In this document: positions 1 to 12,562 of the stretch, piece by piece | Layout of the letters: every line of letters starts with the position of its first letter | Numbering within the stretch: position 1 is the first letter of the stretch | Assembly: GCF_963921235.1 (NCBI RefSeq) | Contig: NC_086097.1 | Coordinates: 169,882,001-169,946,000, forward strand | Reading direction: 5' to 3' | From: Mobula hypostoma | Taxonomy: Eukaryota | DNA: 64,000 nucleotides | Translations under genes and position numbers: made by a program | Notes under the pieces: generated by a model | Database searches by the model: none | The model's input: the letters and a program-made list of their open reading frames with translations, nothing else | Told to the model about the DNA's origin: nothing

Positions 1-460
1 CTCCATCTTCCTGTATGCATGTGAGATATGGACCCTCACAGCACGGCCACAGAGGAAGATACAGGCATTGGAAATGAGATGCTATCGCAACATCTTGGGC
101 ATCTCATACTTGGACCACATCACAAACGAGCAGGTCCACAAGACCATCCAGCACCACATTGGCCCCCATGAAGACCTTCTCACAACGGTGAAGAAAAGAA
201 AGCTGAGATGGTATGGCCACGTAACAAGATCCAGTGACCTTGCAAAGACCATTCTACAAGGAACTGTGGAGGGAAAAAGAAGGAGAGGCAGACAGAGGAA
301 AAGATAGATGGACAACATTAAAGAATGGACAGGGAAAACATTTGCGGTGACCCAGGCTCTGGCACACAACCGCGACAGATGGAACAGACTAGTGCAAAGC
401 TTGTCATGACGGCACCCCGACGACTCCACCAGGAGTTTAGGGTGCAAGGCAAGGCAAGGC
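1..460 (+). mobile_element. RTE-clade LINE, 3' end (continues off the window start)
   Basis: ORF 68-307 (EMRCYRNILGISYLDHITNE...LRWYGHV...ILQGTVEGKRRRGRQRKR) is the typical RTE/BovB-like C-terminus. It ends in a (CAAGG)n tail at ~444-460. Confidence 0.85.
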
Positions 461-942
461 ATGATTTTAATAACCTTCATAAAGTCACCCCTCAGTCTGT
501 TAACATATACACTTCCTTAAACAAAATCTATTAATTTAGATGTGATTGTATAACACAATTAAGATATTTAATACACTGAATCAGAATCAGAAACAGGTTT
601 ATTATCTCTGTCTTATATGATGTGAAATTTGTTGTTTTGCACCAACAGTACAGTGAAAAGATGATGTTATGAAATTTACACTCTTACTACAGGTTTGCCT
701 TGGAATTTGGTCTTATCAGAGTTCCAGGGGCGCAACTATGAGATTCAAAAATTCTATGGTGGAATATTGAGTCAATGTGAAGAAATAGACGCCTAAAGGG
801 TAGGAGGTATGTTTGCAGAAGAGCTACTGGTCTAGAACAAAGGACATATGAATTTTAATTGCTTTATTATTGCCACATGTACTGAGAGGATGTTTCTGGG
901 TTTTGAGGGATTGCGTTATTGAGAGAGGTTGAGAAGATTGGG

Positions 943-1687
943 TCCTTCCAGGTGAGGCGACACTTCACCTGTGAGTCGGCTGGGGTGAAATACTGCGTCC
1001 GGTCTCCCGATATGGCCTTCTATATATTGGCGAGACCCGACGCAGACTGGGAGACCGCTTTGCTGAACACCTACGCTCTGTCCGTCAGAGAAAGCAGGAT
1101 CTCCCAGTGGCCACACATTTTAATTCCACATCCCATTCCCATTCTGACACGTCTATCCACGGCCTCCTCTACTGTAAAGATGAAGCCACACTCAGGTTGG
1201 AGGAACAACACCTTATATTCCGTCTGGGTAGCCTCCAACCTGATGGCATGAACATTGACTTCTCTAACTTCCGATAATGCCCCACTTCCCCCTCATACCC
1301 CATCCGTTATTTATTTATATACACACATTCTTTTTCTCCCTCTGTCCCTCTCACTATACCCCTTGCTCATCCTCTGGGTTCCCCTCCCCCTTGCCTTTCT
1401 CCCCGGACCTCCTGTCCCATGATCCTCTCATATCCCTTTTGCCAATCACCTGTCCAGCTCTCGGCTCCATCCCTCCCTCTCCTGTCTTCTCCTATCATTT
1501 TGGATCTCCCCTCCCCCTCCCACTTTCAAATGTCTTACTAGCTCTTCCTTCCGTTAGTCCTGACGAAGGGTCTCGGCCTGAAACGTGGACTGTACCTCTT
1601 CCTAGAGATGCTGCCTGGCCTGCTGCGTTCACCAGCAACTTTGATGTGTGTTGCTTGAATTTCCAGCATCTGCAGAATTCCTGTTGT
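943..1687 (+). mobile_element. Penelope-like element 3' fragment (GIY-YIG endonuclease remnant plus terminal repeat)
   Basis: Frameshifted FQVRRHFTCESAGVKYC...YIGETRRRLGDRFAEHL motif, then a pyrimidine-rich UTR. Flanked by a 14-bp TSD, TTGAGAAGATTGGG (929-942) / TTGAAAAGATTGGG (1688-1701). Confidence 0.85.
1556..1591 (+). ncRNA. Minimal type I hammerhead ribozyme motif (cleavage triplet mutated)
   Basis: AGTC-CTGACGA-AGGGTCTCGGCCT-GAAAC-GTG-GACT: stem I AGTC/GACT, CUGANGA and GAAA core, stem II hairpin. GTG stands where other copies have GTC. Confidence 0.7.
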
Positions 1688-2269
1688 TTGAAAAGATTGG
1701 GACTTTTTTCATTGCAGTGTAGGAGAATGAGGGGTGATCTTTTGAAGGTGTGGTAAATATTACGGGCACAGATAGGGCCAATATTTATTTCCAGAGTTGG
1801 GAAATCAAGGGCATTGGTTTAAGGTAAGGGAGGAACATTTAATAGGAACCTAAGGGCAAACCTTTCACCTAGAGAGTGATTAGCTTATGGAATGAACTGC
1901 CCGAGGAAGGAATTGAGGCAGATACTGTACATTAGCAACATTTAAAAAAGTATTTGGACAGGTACATGAATAGGAAATCTTTAGATGGAAATGAGACAAA
2001 TACAGGCAAACAGGACCAGCTTGGATTGTAGTTGTGGTCAGGATGGATCAGTTGGGCTAAAGTGCCTGTTTCTATGCTGTATGGCTCTACGATTCTACTA
2101 ATCAAGCATCTCGAATGAACATTGGATTCATATTGCAAGGGAGTGAGCAAAACTGACTTTTTTTTTGGGCTGGCATCTCCAGAGGTGAATCTTCGTGGCA
2201 GACGAAGCTTTAAATTGTAACTGTGGTTAAAGTGTAAAGTCCAGCTCACAGAACAGTATGAATGTGCAC

Positions 2270-2600
2270 CATCCAGAGACCCAAACCATCACTCCAGGTG
2301 AAGCAGTGATTCACTTGCACTTCTAACCTAATGGGCCACATTCAGTGTTCACAACGCAGTCTTCTCTACATCGGAGAAACCAAATGCAGAGTGGGCGAGC
2401 ACTTTGTAGAGCACCTACTTAGTCCAGAGGAAGGATCCTCTTGCAAACCACTTTAATTTTCAACCCCATTCCCTTTCAGAGTTGTTAAAAGCCTCATTCG
2501 CAGCTGTAGTGAGGCCTAAAATAAAGTAGACTGCACCTTAACTTCTATCTGGGCTATTTACAACCTTCTTTAATGATTAATGAATTTTCCAACTTCATAG
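2270..2600 (+). mobile_element. Old Penelope-like GIY-YIG fragment
   Basis: CAGGTGAAGCAG..TTCACTTGC and CTCTACATCGGAGAAACCAAATGCAGA (LYIGETKCR) parallel the 943-1250 region. Confidence 0.65.
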
Positions 2601-2992
2601 ATTTCATAGAGCTACATAAAGCAAAACAGACCCTTCAGCCAAACTTATCCATACCAATCAAGATGCCTATCCATGCTAACTTTATTTGCCTGTATTTGGC
2701 CCAGACCTCTCCAAACCTTTCCTATGCATGCACCTGTACAAATGACTTTTAAACATTGTAATTGTACCCACCTCTACCATTTTTTTTTCTGGCATCTTGC
2801 TCCAAGTACATACTCTGCGAAAAATTTACACTTTAGGTCAGTTTTAAATCTTTCCCCACTCCAAAGCTTATCCCATGTAATATTAACATTTGAACATCAG
2901 CTGACTGGAAAATATTCACCCATGTTAAAAGCTAATTGAGGTGCGTTTCAGGATGAACTTCTGGATGAATATCAACCAAGCACAAGTGCTCC

Positions 2993-3086
2993 GTGCACTT
3001 ACGGGTATCGGTATTGGTATTGGTTTACCTATGCACTTATGGTATCGGTATTGGTTTACCTATGCACTTACGGGTATCGGTATTGG
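2993..3086 (+). repeat. Three tandem 25-38 bp units
   Basis: TGCACTTA(C/T)GG(G)TATCGGTATTGG(TATTGG)TTTACCTA repeated about three times directly upstream of an RTE fragment. Confidence 0.85.
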
Positions 3087-3770
3087 ATGATACATCCGAA
3101 CAGACGCCAAAATGTTAGTGTACAAAGCAGTGGTGATCCCAATGCTCCTGTATGCATCAGAAACCTGGACAACATACCGACGACATCTGAAGGCACTTGA
3201 AAAGTTCCATCAACGCTGTCTTCGAAACATCTTAAATATCAGCTGGGAAGATAGAAGAACCAACGTCAGCGTGCTAAATGAAGCAAAAACAACAAGCATT
3301 GAAGCCTACGTCATCAAGAACCAACTAAGATGGAGCGGTCATGTTGTTCGGATGAAAGACAAGCATCTGCTAAAACAAATCTTCTACTCCCAGCTTAAAG
3401 AAGACAAACGTAAAAGAGACGGACAACAGAAGAGATTCAAAGACGTCTTAAAAGCCAACATGAAGAAATGTAACGTCGACATCAACAATTGGGAAACTGA
3501 TGCCAAGGACAGGAAACTCTGGCGAGCCATCATCCAAGAAGGAACAGCAACTTTCGAAGCCAACGGATGTGCAGAATTAGAAGAAAAGAGAAGGAAATGG
3601 AAAGAGAGGCAGCAACAACCAAAGCCCGATCTGCCATCTGGAACTACCTGTCCTGAATGCAGAAGAACTTTCAAAGCCAAGATTGGACTCATAAGCCACT
3701 TGAGAGCCCATAAGTAGATCAACAGAACGAAGACCATCATCCTCGACCTCGAGGGATAGCCACAATGACA
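3087..3770 (+). mobile_element. RTE-clade LINE 3' fragment with C-terminal C2H2 zinc finger
   Basis: ORF 3112-3717: VYKAVVIPMLLYASETWT...LEKFHQRCLRNILNISW...QLRWSGHVVRM...CPECRRTFKAKIGLISHLRAH. Confidence 0.9.
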
Positions 3771-4210
3771 GTTTACTATTGTCACATGTTCTACAATGCA
3801 CCGAAAAGCTTGCCCTGTGTACTGTTCAGACAGATCATATCATTTCTTTCTTCATTAGAAAATTAGAGAGCAACTGAAACCTGAAGATAAAGTAAACGTT
3901 TTACAATTTTACTTTAACAAAGAACAGTGAACTAAACAGCACAGGGACAGGCCCTTCAGCCCACAATGTCAGTGCTGAGCATAATGCCAAAGCAAACTTC
4001 TGCTACACATGATCCATATCCCTCCTGTCCCTGCATATTCCTGTGCTTATCTACAAGTCTCTTGAAGGCTACTATCACATCTGCTGTTACCAGCACCCTG
4101 GTAGTCCACTTCAGGAATATGTTGTGGATTTTCTAGTTTGCGGCAGCAGTACATTGTAATACATAATACTAAAAACTACACATTACAGTAAGGATATATA
4201 TATAAATAAG

Positions 4211-4450
4211 GTACGTCACATCCGGAGCTTCTCCGGTAAGCAGAAGATTTCCCTCTACGCCTCTCTGACGTAGTGGGGAACCACGTACGAGGCACGTTAC
4301 AGCAGTAGTTTGCCATTGCCTTCTGCCGGGTGAGTTTCCAAAGAGATCACCAGCTCATAACCCAGCACGGATGGAAAGCCAGCTGGATTCGAACTCGGGA
4401 CCTTTCGTCCTGAAGTCAGACGCTGATGCCACTACACCACCAGCTGGGTC
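4211..4450 (-). mobile_element. tRNA-derived SINE, copy 1
   Basis: Minus-strand head has an A box (TGGTGTAGTGG) and a B box (GAGTTCGAATCC). TSD TATATATAAATAAG (4197-4210) / TATATATAAGTAAG (4451-4464). A second copy lies at 10839-11095. Confidence 0.85.
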
Positions 4451-5609
4451 TATATATAAGTAAGTAGTGCAAAAAGACAAGAATCAATACTGAGGTAGTG
4501 AAATGGGTTCATTGTTCATTCATAAATCTGATGGTGGAGAGGAAGAAGCTGCTTCTGAAATATTGAATGTATGTCTTCAGGCTCCTGTACCTTCTCCTTG
4601 ATGGCGGCAAAGAAAATATGTCCCACATAACATCCCCTGTAAATTTTTCCCCTCACACTTTCATGCTATGCCTTCAAGAATTTGACAATTCTCCCCTCAG
4701 AGAAAAGATTTTGACTGTCTACCGTCTCCGAGATTCCCATTATTTTATAAACCTTTATGAGATCTTCCTTCAATCTCTAGCTTGCTTGATTGCAACCCTA
4801 TTAGAAGAACGGAGCCAAACCTCACACTCCGGCCTTCCCTGGTGTAAATTCAGATGAATTTTACACGCTCCTCCCTCTCTTGTGTACCGACTTTGGGCTC
4901 AGTAATGAGTGCAGAAGCAGATTCCGATGTCTCGGCATGGAAATTGGACCAAAGCTAAATAGCAAATGGCAGAAAGTCTGTGATTCCTTACAGAACCATG
5001 GTCCAGCTCACTATTTTAATGAACTGAATCTATTATCTTGATCAATGGCCCAGTATTGTTCTGCCTTACCACTTTATTGCTGGGAGTGAGTAGAATATGG
5101 AACCCACCTCCATTATGAAGAAAGACCATAAGACATAGGAACAGTATTGGGTCATTCATCCCATTGGACCTACTCCGCCATCCATGTCTGCTCACTCAGC
5201 TAAGGAATACCCTATCACTACTGCACTTCTCTTCTGAGCCACAGGGCCAGACTCAGTGCTAGAGACCTACTTGCTGCAGCTTCTCCCTGGTAGGGTACTT
5301 TCCACTCCCCCCCACCAACAGTATCCTAAGCGGTATACTTATTATTGAGGGGAACAGCCACCAAGCTACTCTGCACTGACTGCCTAGTCCCTTTCCCTCT
5401 CCTGTTTGCTTAGAGGTGGTAAAGTAATGATGCACTTACACTAACGTTAAAAAGGTACATGAAAAGTGAACTAATGAAAGAATTTGCTAATGGAGCTACA
5501 GAATCATGGAGCATCAGAAATGGAATAGTGCAGGAAAAGGCCATTTGGTTCATCAAGTTTATGCTGGTTCCCCATAGAAAATTCCACCAAGGAGAATTTT
5601 GAGCATCTT

Positions 5610-6005
5610 AGAGCATAGGAGAATGAGGTGTGATTTTATAGAGCTGTATAAAATTATGAGGGACATACGTAGATAGGATCAATCTGCACAGTTCTTCCCA
5701 GGGTTGAGGAATCAAGAACCAGAAGGTATAGGTTTAAGGAGAGATGGGAGAGGTTTAATAAGAACCTGACGTACAACTAATAGAGTTGTATGCCAATAGA
5801 GTTGTCTGTAATTGGAATGAGCTGCCAGAGGAAGTGGTTGAGGTAGATATATTAACAGCACTTAAAAGTCGCTCAGACAGGTACATGGATAGGAAAGGTT
5901 TAGAGGGATATGGGCCAAATTCAGGCAAATGGGAATCTTGGTTGCTATGGATCAGTTGGACCAAAGGTCATGTTTTTGTTCTATGTGACTCTATAGCTCT
6001 ATGAC
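5610..6005 (+). mobile_element. CR1 LINE 3' fragment
   Basis: WNELPEEVVE...DRYMDRKGLEGYG motif, followed by a short-repeat tail. Confidence 0.8.
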
Positions 6006-6812
6006 CCTATGTCTTTCACCATAGCCCTTCGAATTATTCTTTCATCTGACTATCCCATTGCCATTCTGTTTCCACCACTTCTGGATCAAGAATATTCTCT
6101 GAATACAAAGGCTTTTCCGCAAATTCTGCACCTGTATCTTAAGTCAAAAACTGTAAATCTGAATTCCCTTGTCTCTGATTCATCCATTATTAGGAAGATT
6201 TTCCTTTTGTTTATCCATCTTAACCAGTCTTGATCTTGTCAACCTCTATCCAGTCTCCTCTCAACCCTTGTTGCTCCAAGAAGTTTCTTAGTGATCTGTT
6301 CCACACAAGTCTTCTCCCATTTTACTTCACAGTTCCAGGCATGAAGGATTTCAGCTTCTTCCTTCCAACTCTGGGGCTGAAATTCCTCTTCCCTGGAACA
6401 AAAAATAAGGTGGGAGACTTGTAGGATGCAAAGGCACAGAGTTGACCAAACAGATGCAATAGTCTTTATTTCTGTTGTCCATTCCATTGAATGTTGTGTT
6501 TAGCTTTCAATGGAGTTGCTTATATAGTTATAATTACAGTTATAAGTATAGTTAATTATAATTCCCACCTCAGGATCCATGAGAACATTTTCTTTGCAAT
6601 GTAACAATGAGTGTATCACTATTTTGTGGCTTAAGTCATTGATGGTTTGATTCAAGATGAGAAAAGAAAGTAATCAATGCTAACTACAGGAGTAACTGAC
6701 CAAGATCTTAATGTGAAACGATGGATGTAATTAAATCAATTACCATACATCTGATAGGTATTTCCAGAACTAAGACCTCCTTCTCTCTTTCAATAATAAT
6801 GCCTGTTGCTTC

Positions 6813-7768
6813 AAACCATATAACCATATAACAATTACAGCACAGAAACAGGCCATCTTGGCCCTTCTAGTCCGTGCCAAACTCCTACTCTCACCTAGTC
6901 CCATCGACCTGCACTTGATCCATAACCCTCCATTCCTTTCCTGTCCATATATCTATCCAATTTAACTTTAAACGACAACATCGAACCTGCCTCAACCACT
7001 TCTGCTGGAAGCTCGTTCCACACAGCTACCACTCTCTGAGTAAAGAAGTTCCCCCTCATGTTACCCCTAAACTTTTGTCCTTTAACTCTCAACTCATGTC
7101 TTCTTGTTTGAATCTCCCCCACTTTCAATGGAAAAAGCCTATCCACGTCAACTCTATCAACCCCCCCCACCATAATTTTAAACACCTCCATCAAGTCCCC
7201 TCTCAACCTTCTACGCTCCAAAGAATAGAGACCTACTTGTTCAACTTTTCTCTGTAACTTAGGAGATGAAACCCAGGCAACATTTTAGTAAACCTCCTTT
7301 GTACTCTCTCAATTTTATTGACATCTTTCCTATAATTCGGTGACCAGAACTGTACACAATACTCCAAATTTGGCCTTACCAATGCCTTATGCAATTTCAA
7401 TATTACATCCCAACTCCTATACTCAATGCTCTGATTAATAAAGGCCAGCATACCAAAAGCTTTCTTCACCACCCTATCCACATGAGATTCCACCTTCAGC
7501 GAACTATGCACCATTATTCCTAGATCCCTCTGTTCTACAGCATTCTTCAATGCCCTACCATTTACCATGTATTTCCTATTTTGATTAGTCCTACCAAAAT
7601 GTAGCACCTCACATTTTTCAGCATTAAACTCCATTTGCCATCTTTCAGCCCACTCTTCTAACTGGCCTAAATCTCTCTGCAAGCTTTGAAAACCTACTTC
7701 ATTATCCACAACGCCACCTATCTTAATATCACCTGCATACTCACTAATCCAATTTACCACCCCATCAA
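6813..7768 (-). mobile_element. CR1 LINE 3' fragment (RT C-terminus)
   Basis: ORFs 7233-7802 and 6895-7221: WQMEFNAEKCEVLHFG, LVRPNLEYCVQFWSP, GNFFTQRVV. Tandem tail (AACCATAT)n on the plus strand at ~6815-6830. Confidence 0.92.
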
Positions 7769-9934
7769 ACAAATCAGTGATCTTTAAAAAGAAAAAAAAC
7801 AAGAACAGAAAAACAAGTACCTATAAGATGTGACAATATAAAAGAAAATGGCAATTATTTAAATGGATGGTAGACAAAATTTGCCCTGTACTTGGATTCT
7901 ATCCAGTTTATTGGAAACCATTATTGATGTGAAATCTCAGCTGAAGCTGCTTCTTTTCAATTATTCAAACAATTTGCTCAAGGGGAAATAAATTTAGTTG
8001 GAACACTTTCCATATTCCAGTAGTTTCAACATGGTCTGTGCTAGGAGACCTGAACTTTTAATTAGAAGGCAGTAGTTATCCATAATGGATGGGTTACAGA
8101 CTGCCGCCAGACACAGGTCAAGGATAGACTCATGTACTTAAGACTACAGTATTGGCTTCCACCTGCAGAGATCCCTCCCACATGTCCATCAACACCACCT
8201 GATTCTCATTCTATCCACTTAATTCAAGGGCAATTTACAGGAGACAATCAAGCTACCAATCCTCATGCCTTTGGGACATAATCAAAGTCCCCTCCCCTCT
8301 GGTCATTTTGTTCCCCCCCACCCGCTTCCATCATGCAGAAAGTTCAAAAGCTTAAACATCTGCACCACGAGGTTCAAGGACAGCTTCTAGCTCACTGAAT
8401 GGACTTGTATGATAAAGATGAATTCTTTACCTCTCAGTCTACATCGTCACCACCCTTGGATGCTATTTGTCTGCCTGCACTGCACTTTCTCTGTAACTGT
8501 AACTATATTCTGCATTCTGTTTTTGCTTTTTCACTTATACTACCTCCATGTACTTATGTACGGAATGATCTGTCTAGGCGGCATGCAAAATAAATTTTAT
8601 CACTGTAACTTGGTACTTGAGACAATAAGAAGCTATGTATCAATTACCACTGTAGGAGGAAACCAGAGGACCTGGAGGTAACTCAGGCAGTGACAGACAG
8701 AATGTGCAGACTACACACAGTCAGCACTGGAGTCCTCTGATGCTCCAGCGTAAAAAGCCAAATTTGCCAACCTCTCCTAATAGCTCATACATTCCAATCT
8801 AGGCAGCATCCTGGTACATTTTCACATCTTCTGCTAAGGAAAACTTTGAAATCCAGCAAGCGTGTGGGTAAGAACGCATAAAATATACTTCGTTGAACAC
8901 AAAATATGGTAATAAGAAAGCCATGCTAGAACTATATAAAATATGCATAAGGTTACAGCTAGCTACTGCGTAAACTGCTAGTCACTGTCCATCAGGAGTG
9001 CCAGGATACAGGAGAGAGTTGAGTGATGGAGGAGTTTAATTTTGAGGAAATATTAGCTGGGCTGAGCTACTGGAACAGAAGAAATTGAGGATGTCCGTAT
9101 TCCAAATGAATAAACCTGTGCGAATCCTAAGGGAGAAGGTCCTATTTCCATTTGGAGATAGGACAGCGATGAGACGACATGGATAATTGAAGATAATTGC
9201 TAAAAATAAATAAAATTCTTTCACCCGATAAGTGGTGGGATCTCAGGCTCGCTGGTGGAAGCAGAGTTTCTCATCGCATTTAAAAAGTACTTGGATACTT
9301 TGGGCTGCATCTCCTCCTTCTTTGATCAGTGATTATGTGCAAGCATGAACGGTTTGCAATGGCATGTTGTTCATTTTCACATCAATTTCTCAATAAAAAT
9401 TTTCTTGATTCTTCTCAGGTTGATGTTTATGTCTCCATTCAGCTGTTCAGGGTGGACGAGGAGAGGCGTGATAGGGTAGTGGGAGGGCAGGAAAGGACCA
9501 AATGAAAGGATTGGGAAGTTATCCAAATTAACATTTCACACTTTGCATTCAGGGACAAGGGCAGCAGAGTTGACGGCAACCTCAATTTGTAGCATTTTCT
9601 CTGTTTTATTGTGGTACTTCCGAGAATTTAGTTGAAAAACCAATTACAGTTCTCCTAGAGCATGAAACAGCCCAGAGCTAATTAACTTTAGCATCGGAAG
9701 AGACACTTATAAGCTATTGAACAAAACTGGCTCATCATGCCTGTGTTAACCCTTTGAATGAAGTATCATAAAGTCACTGACAAAATGGCACTATTGATCA
9801 TCAGCGATGTTCTGTAGGCTGCAGACAATTGTTCCAAATACTCAGTTAAATATACCCCTTTTAAATTATTCTCACTGCAATCTGCAGCATGTAACTTCCC
9901 TCCAAGCAATGGACTTTTAAATTACCCTCATGAT

Positions 9935-10300
9935 CTGGCTGTATCACTGCCTGGCATGGGAACTGTACCTCCCTTAATCGCAGGACTCTGCAGAGAGTGG
10001 TGCGGACAGCCCAGCACATCTGTAGTTGTGAACGTCCCATGATTCAGGACGCTTACAAGGACAGGTGTGTAAAAAGTGCCCTTAGGATCACTGGGGGCCT
10101 ATGCCAGGACCAACAGGCTCCAGGACAGCTTCTTCCAGCAGGCCATCAGACTGATGAATTTATGCTGATTTGAGTATATTCTATATCACATTGACTGTTC
10201 TAAAATTACTATGATTGCACATTTAGATGGAGACATAATGTAAAGATCTTTACTCCTCATGTATGTGAAGGATGTAAGAAATAAAGTCAATTCAGTTCAA
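9935..10300 (+). mobile_element. Rex1/Babar LINE 3' fragment
   Basis: GCITAWHG...LQRVVRTAQHI-like coding remnant, ending AATAAAGTCAATTCAGTTCAA. Confidence 0.7.
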
Positions 10301-10838
10301 TGATCTTCATATCTCACGATTGACTGAAGGGCTTGGCTGGCCATGCAGACACAGCACCTTTAAGAGGATGAGGGTTCATTGCCATTGCTGAAAGTGAGGC
10401 AGGATGGGGCGACTACAAGCCAGGCTGAAACGCAGAGGGATGATGCCTCCTCTACCCAGCATCTTGTTGGCAAATGTGCAGTCGCTGGAGATCAAAATTG
10501 AGGACTTAAGGGCAGGACTGCTGTATCAGAGAGAAATGAGAGCCTGTTTTATTGTATGCTTGATGGAAATATGGCTTTCTGTGGGCATGCCAGATACAGC
10601 GATTAGACCCAAGGACTCCTCGATTTACAGAATGGACTGAACTGCTGATTCAGAAAAGGCAAAACAAGGAATTTTTTGATAAACTCTTGTTGGTGCTTTG
10701 ATGTTGCGACTTTATTGAACTTGTGTTCCCCTGACCTTGAACACCTGACAGTCAAATTCCGTCTAAACTATTTACCGGGGGTTCTCTTCCGTAAGCCTGA
10801 CCACAGTTTACATACCACCACTGGCCAACTATAATCAA

Positions 10839-11095
10839 AGGAAAGGAAAGGTACCTTGCATCCGGAGTTTCTCCGTTTAGCGGACGATTTCCCTCCACGC
10901 CTCTCAGACGTAGCGGGGCATTGCATACGAGGCAAGTTACAGCAGTGGTTTTGCCATTGTCTTCTGCCGGGTGAGTTTCCAAAGAGATCACCAGCTCGTA
11001 ACCCAGCATGGATGGAAAGCATGCAGGGGAGCTGGCTGGCTGGATTCAAACCTGGGACCTTTTGTCCAGAAGTCCGGCGCTGTTGCCACTATGCC
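10839..11095 (-). mobile_element. tRNA-derived SINE, copy 2
   Basis: Homologous to 4211-4450, with a (TTTCC)n tail on the minus strand. TSD ACTATAATCAA (10828-10838 / 11096-11106) within the Rex1 host. Confidence 0.85.
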
Positions 11096-12562
11096 ACTAT
11101 AATCAAGCCCTCGCAAAACTGCATGATGCCATCTCCAAACCAGAAACAGTCCACCTCAATGCATTTCAAATCATTGTCAGAGACTTCAACCAGGCTTGTT
11201 TGAAGAAAACCATGACCAATTACCATCAGCATATGATGTGTAGCACCAGGGGCCACAACATACTAGATCACTGTTATTCTAAGATAAGGAATGTCTACCA
11301 TTCCATGCCCAGAAAGCCTTTTGGTAAGCCTGATCACTTGGCTGTCTTTTACCTATGGACATACAGGCAGAGAGTAAAGAGCAAAGCTCCAGAGATTAGG
11401 ACAACAATGAAGTGGTCATAGGAGGAAGAGGAGTGGCTACAGGATTGCTTCAAGTCCATGGACTGGGTCGGGTTCAAGGACTCATGTGGAGATCCGAAGG
11501 AGTGGTTGTAATGAACTTTATTAAAGCAGCTGTAGATGAGTGTGTTCCCACTAAATCGTTCAAAGTTTTCACCAGTTGGAAGTCCTGGATGAACTATGAG
11601 ATCCAAAATCTGCTGAGGGCCAGGTCAGAGGCATTCAAGTCTGGAGACCGAGAAAGTTAGAAAAGGTCCAGGTACGATCTGCAGAAAACCATCTCAGGAG
11701 CGAAGTGGAAATCTGGACCAAACTTGAATCAATGAAGAATGCCCGACAGTGGAGGTGGGGCTTGAATACTATCACATCTTATAACATTAAATCAAGAGAC
11801 ATGGGAGACAGCAGGGCTTTGCTTTCTGATGAGCTCCATGCTTTCTATACCTGCTCTGACCGTCAAATCATGGAGGAACCATCACGACCTCCCATATACC
11901 CCGATGATTCTATGATTTCAGCCTCTGAAGCCGATGTGCATAGTGCCTGCAGAAGGGTGAATCCACAAAAAGCATCCGGCCCAGATGGGGCACCTGGCCA
12001 CGTACTGAAGATCTGTACTGATCAACTGGCTGGTGTGTTCACTAAGATCTTTAACCTCTCGCTTTGGCAGTGTATAGTACCCACATGCTTCAAGCAGGCT
12101 TCAATTATACCCTTGCCCAAGACCTGCATCAATGTCTATCACCCAGTCATGAAGTCTGCAGTGATGAAAAGTTTCGAGAGGATGGTGATGAAACATATCA
12201 ACTCTTGCCTGAGAAGCGACTTAGAAGGAGAACGCGTGGAAATCACGCAGCCCAGATGGCATACCTGATTGAGTACTAAAGACCACTGCTGATCAACTGG
12301 TTGGAGTGTTCACTGATATCTTCAAACTTTGAGGTACCCACCTGGTTCAAACAGGCTTCAAGTATACTGGTGCCTAAGGAGAACGTGGTAATCTGCCTCT
12401 TGTCCAGTAGCATTTACATCCACTGCGAGGAAGTACTCTGAGGGGTTGGTAGTTAAACTTAGCAACTCCTGCCCGAGAAGCAACTCAGATCCACTCCAAT
12501 TTGCCTATCAGAGGAACAGGGCCACAGCAGATGCCATCTCATTGACTCTTCATTCAACCCTG

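Larger units (their letters stand above)
881..2090 (+). mobile_element. Degenerate CR1 LINE 3' fragment interrupted by a Penelope-like insertion
   Basis: The CR1 C-terminal motif (LGLFSL..RRMRGDL; WNELPEE) resumes at ~1690 after the insert. Confidence 0.75.

Noticed and set aside
4375..4450. tRNA gene
   Set aside because: It is the head of a TSD-flanked SINE with a second copy in the window.
4827..4955. Possible minus-strand host exon (AG acceptor near 4956, GTGAGG donor near 4826)
   Set aside because: All three frames contain a stop and no peptide is recognisable. It could be a terminal or non-coding exon but is unsupported without RNA-seq.
6320..6392. Possible minus-strand exon reading KRNFSPRVGRKK (neuropeptide-precursor-like)
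   Set aside because: Too short, matches no peptide I recognise, and has no partner exons; chance is likely.
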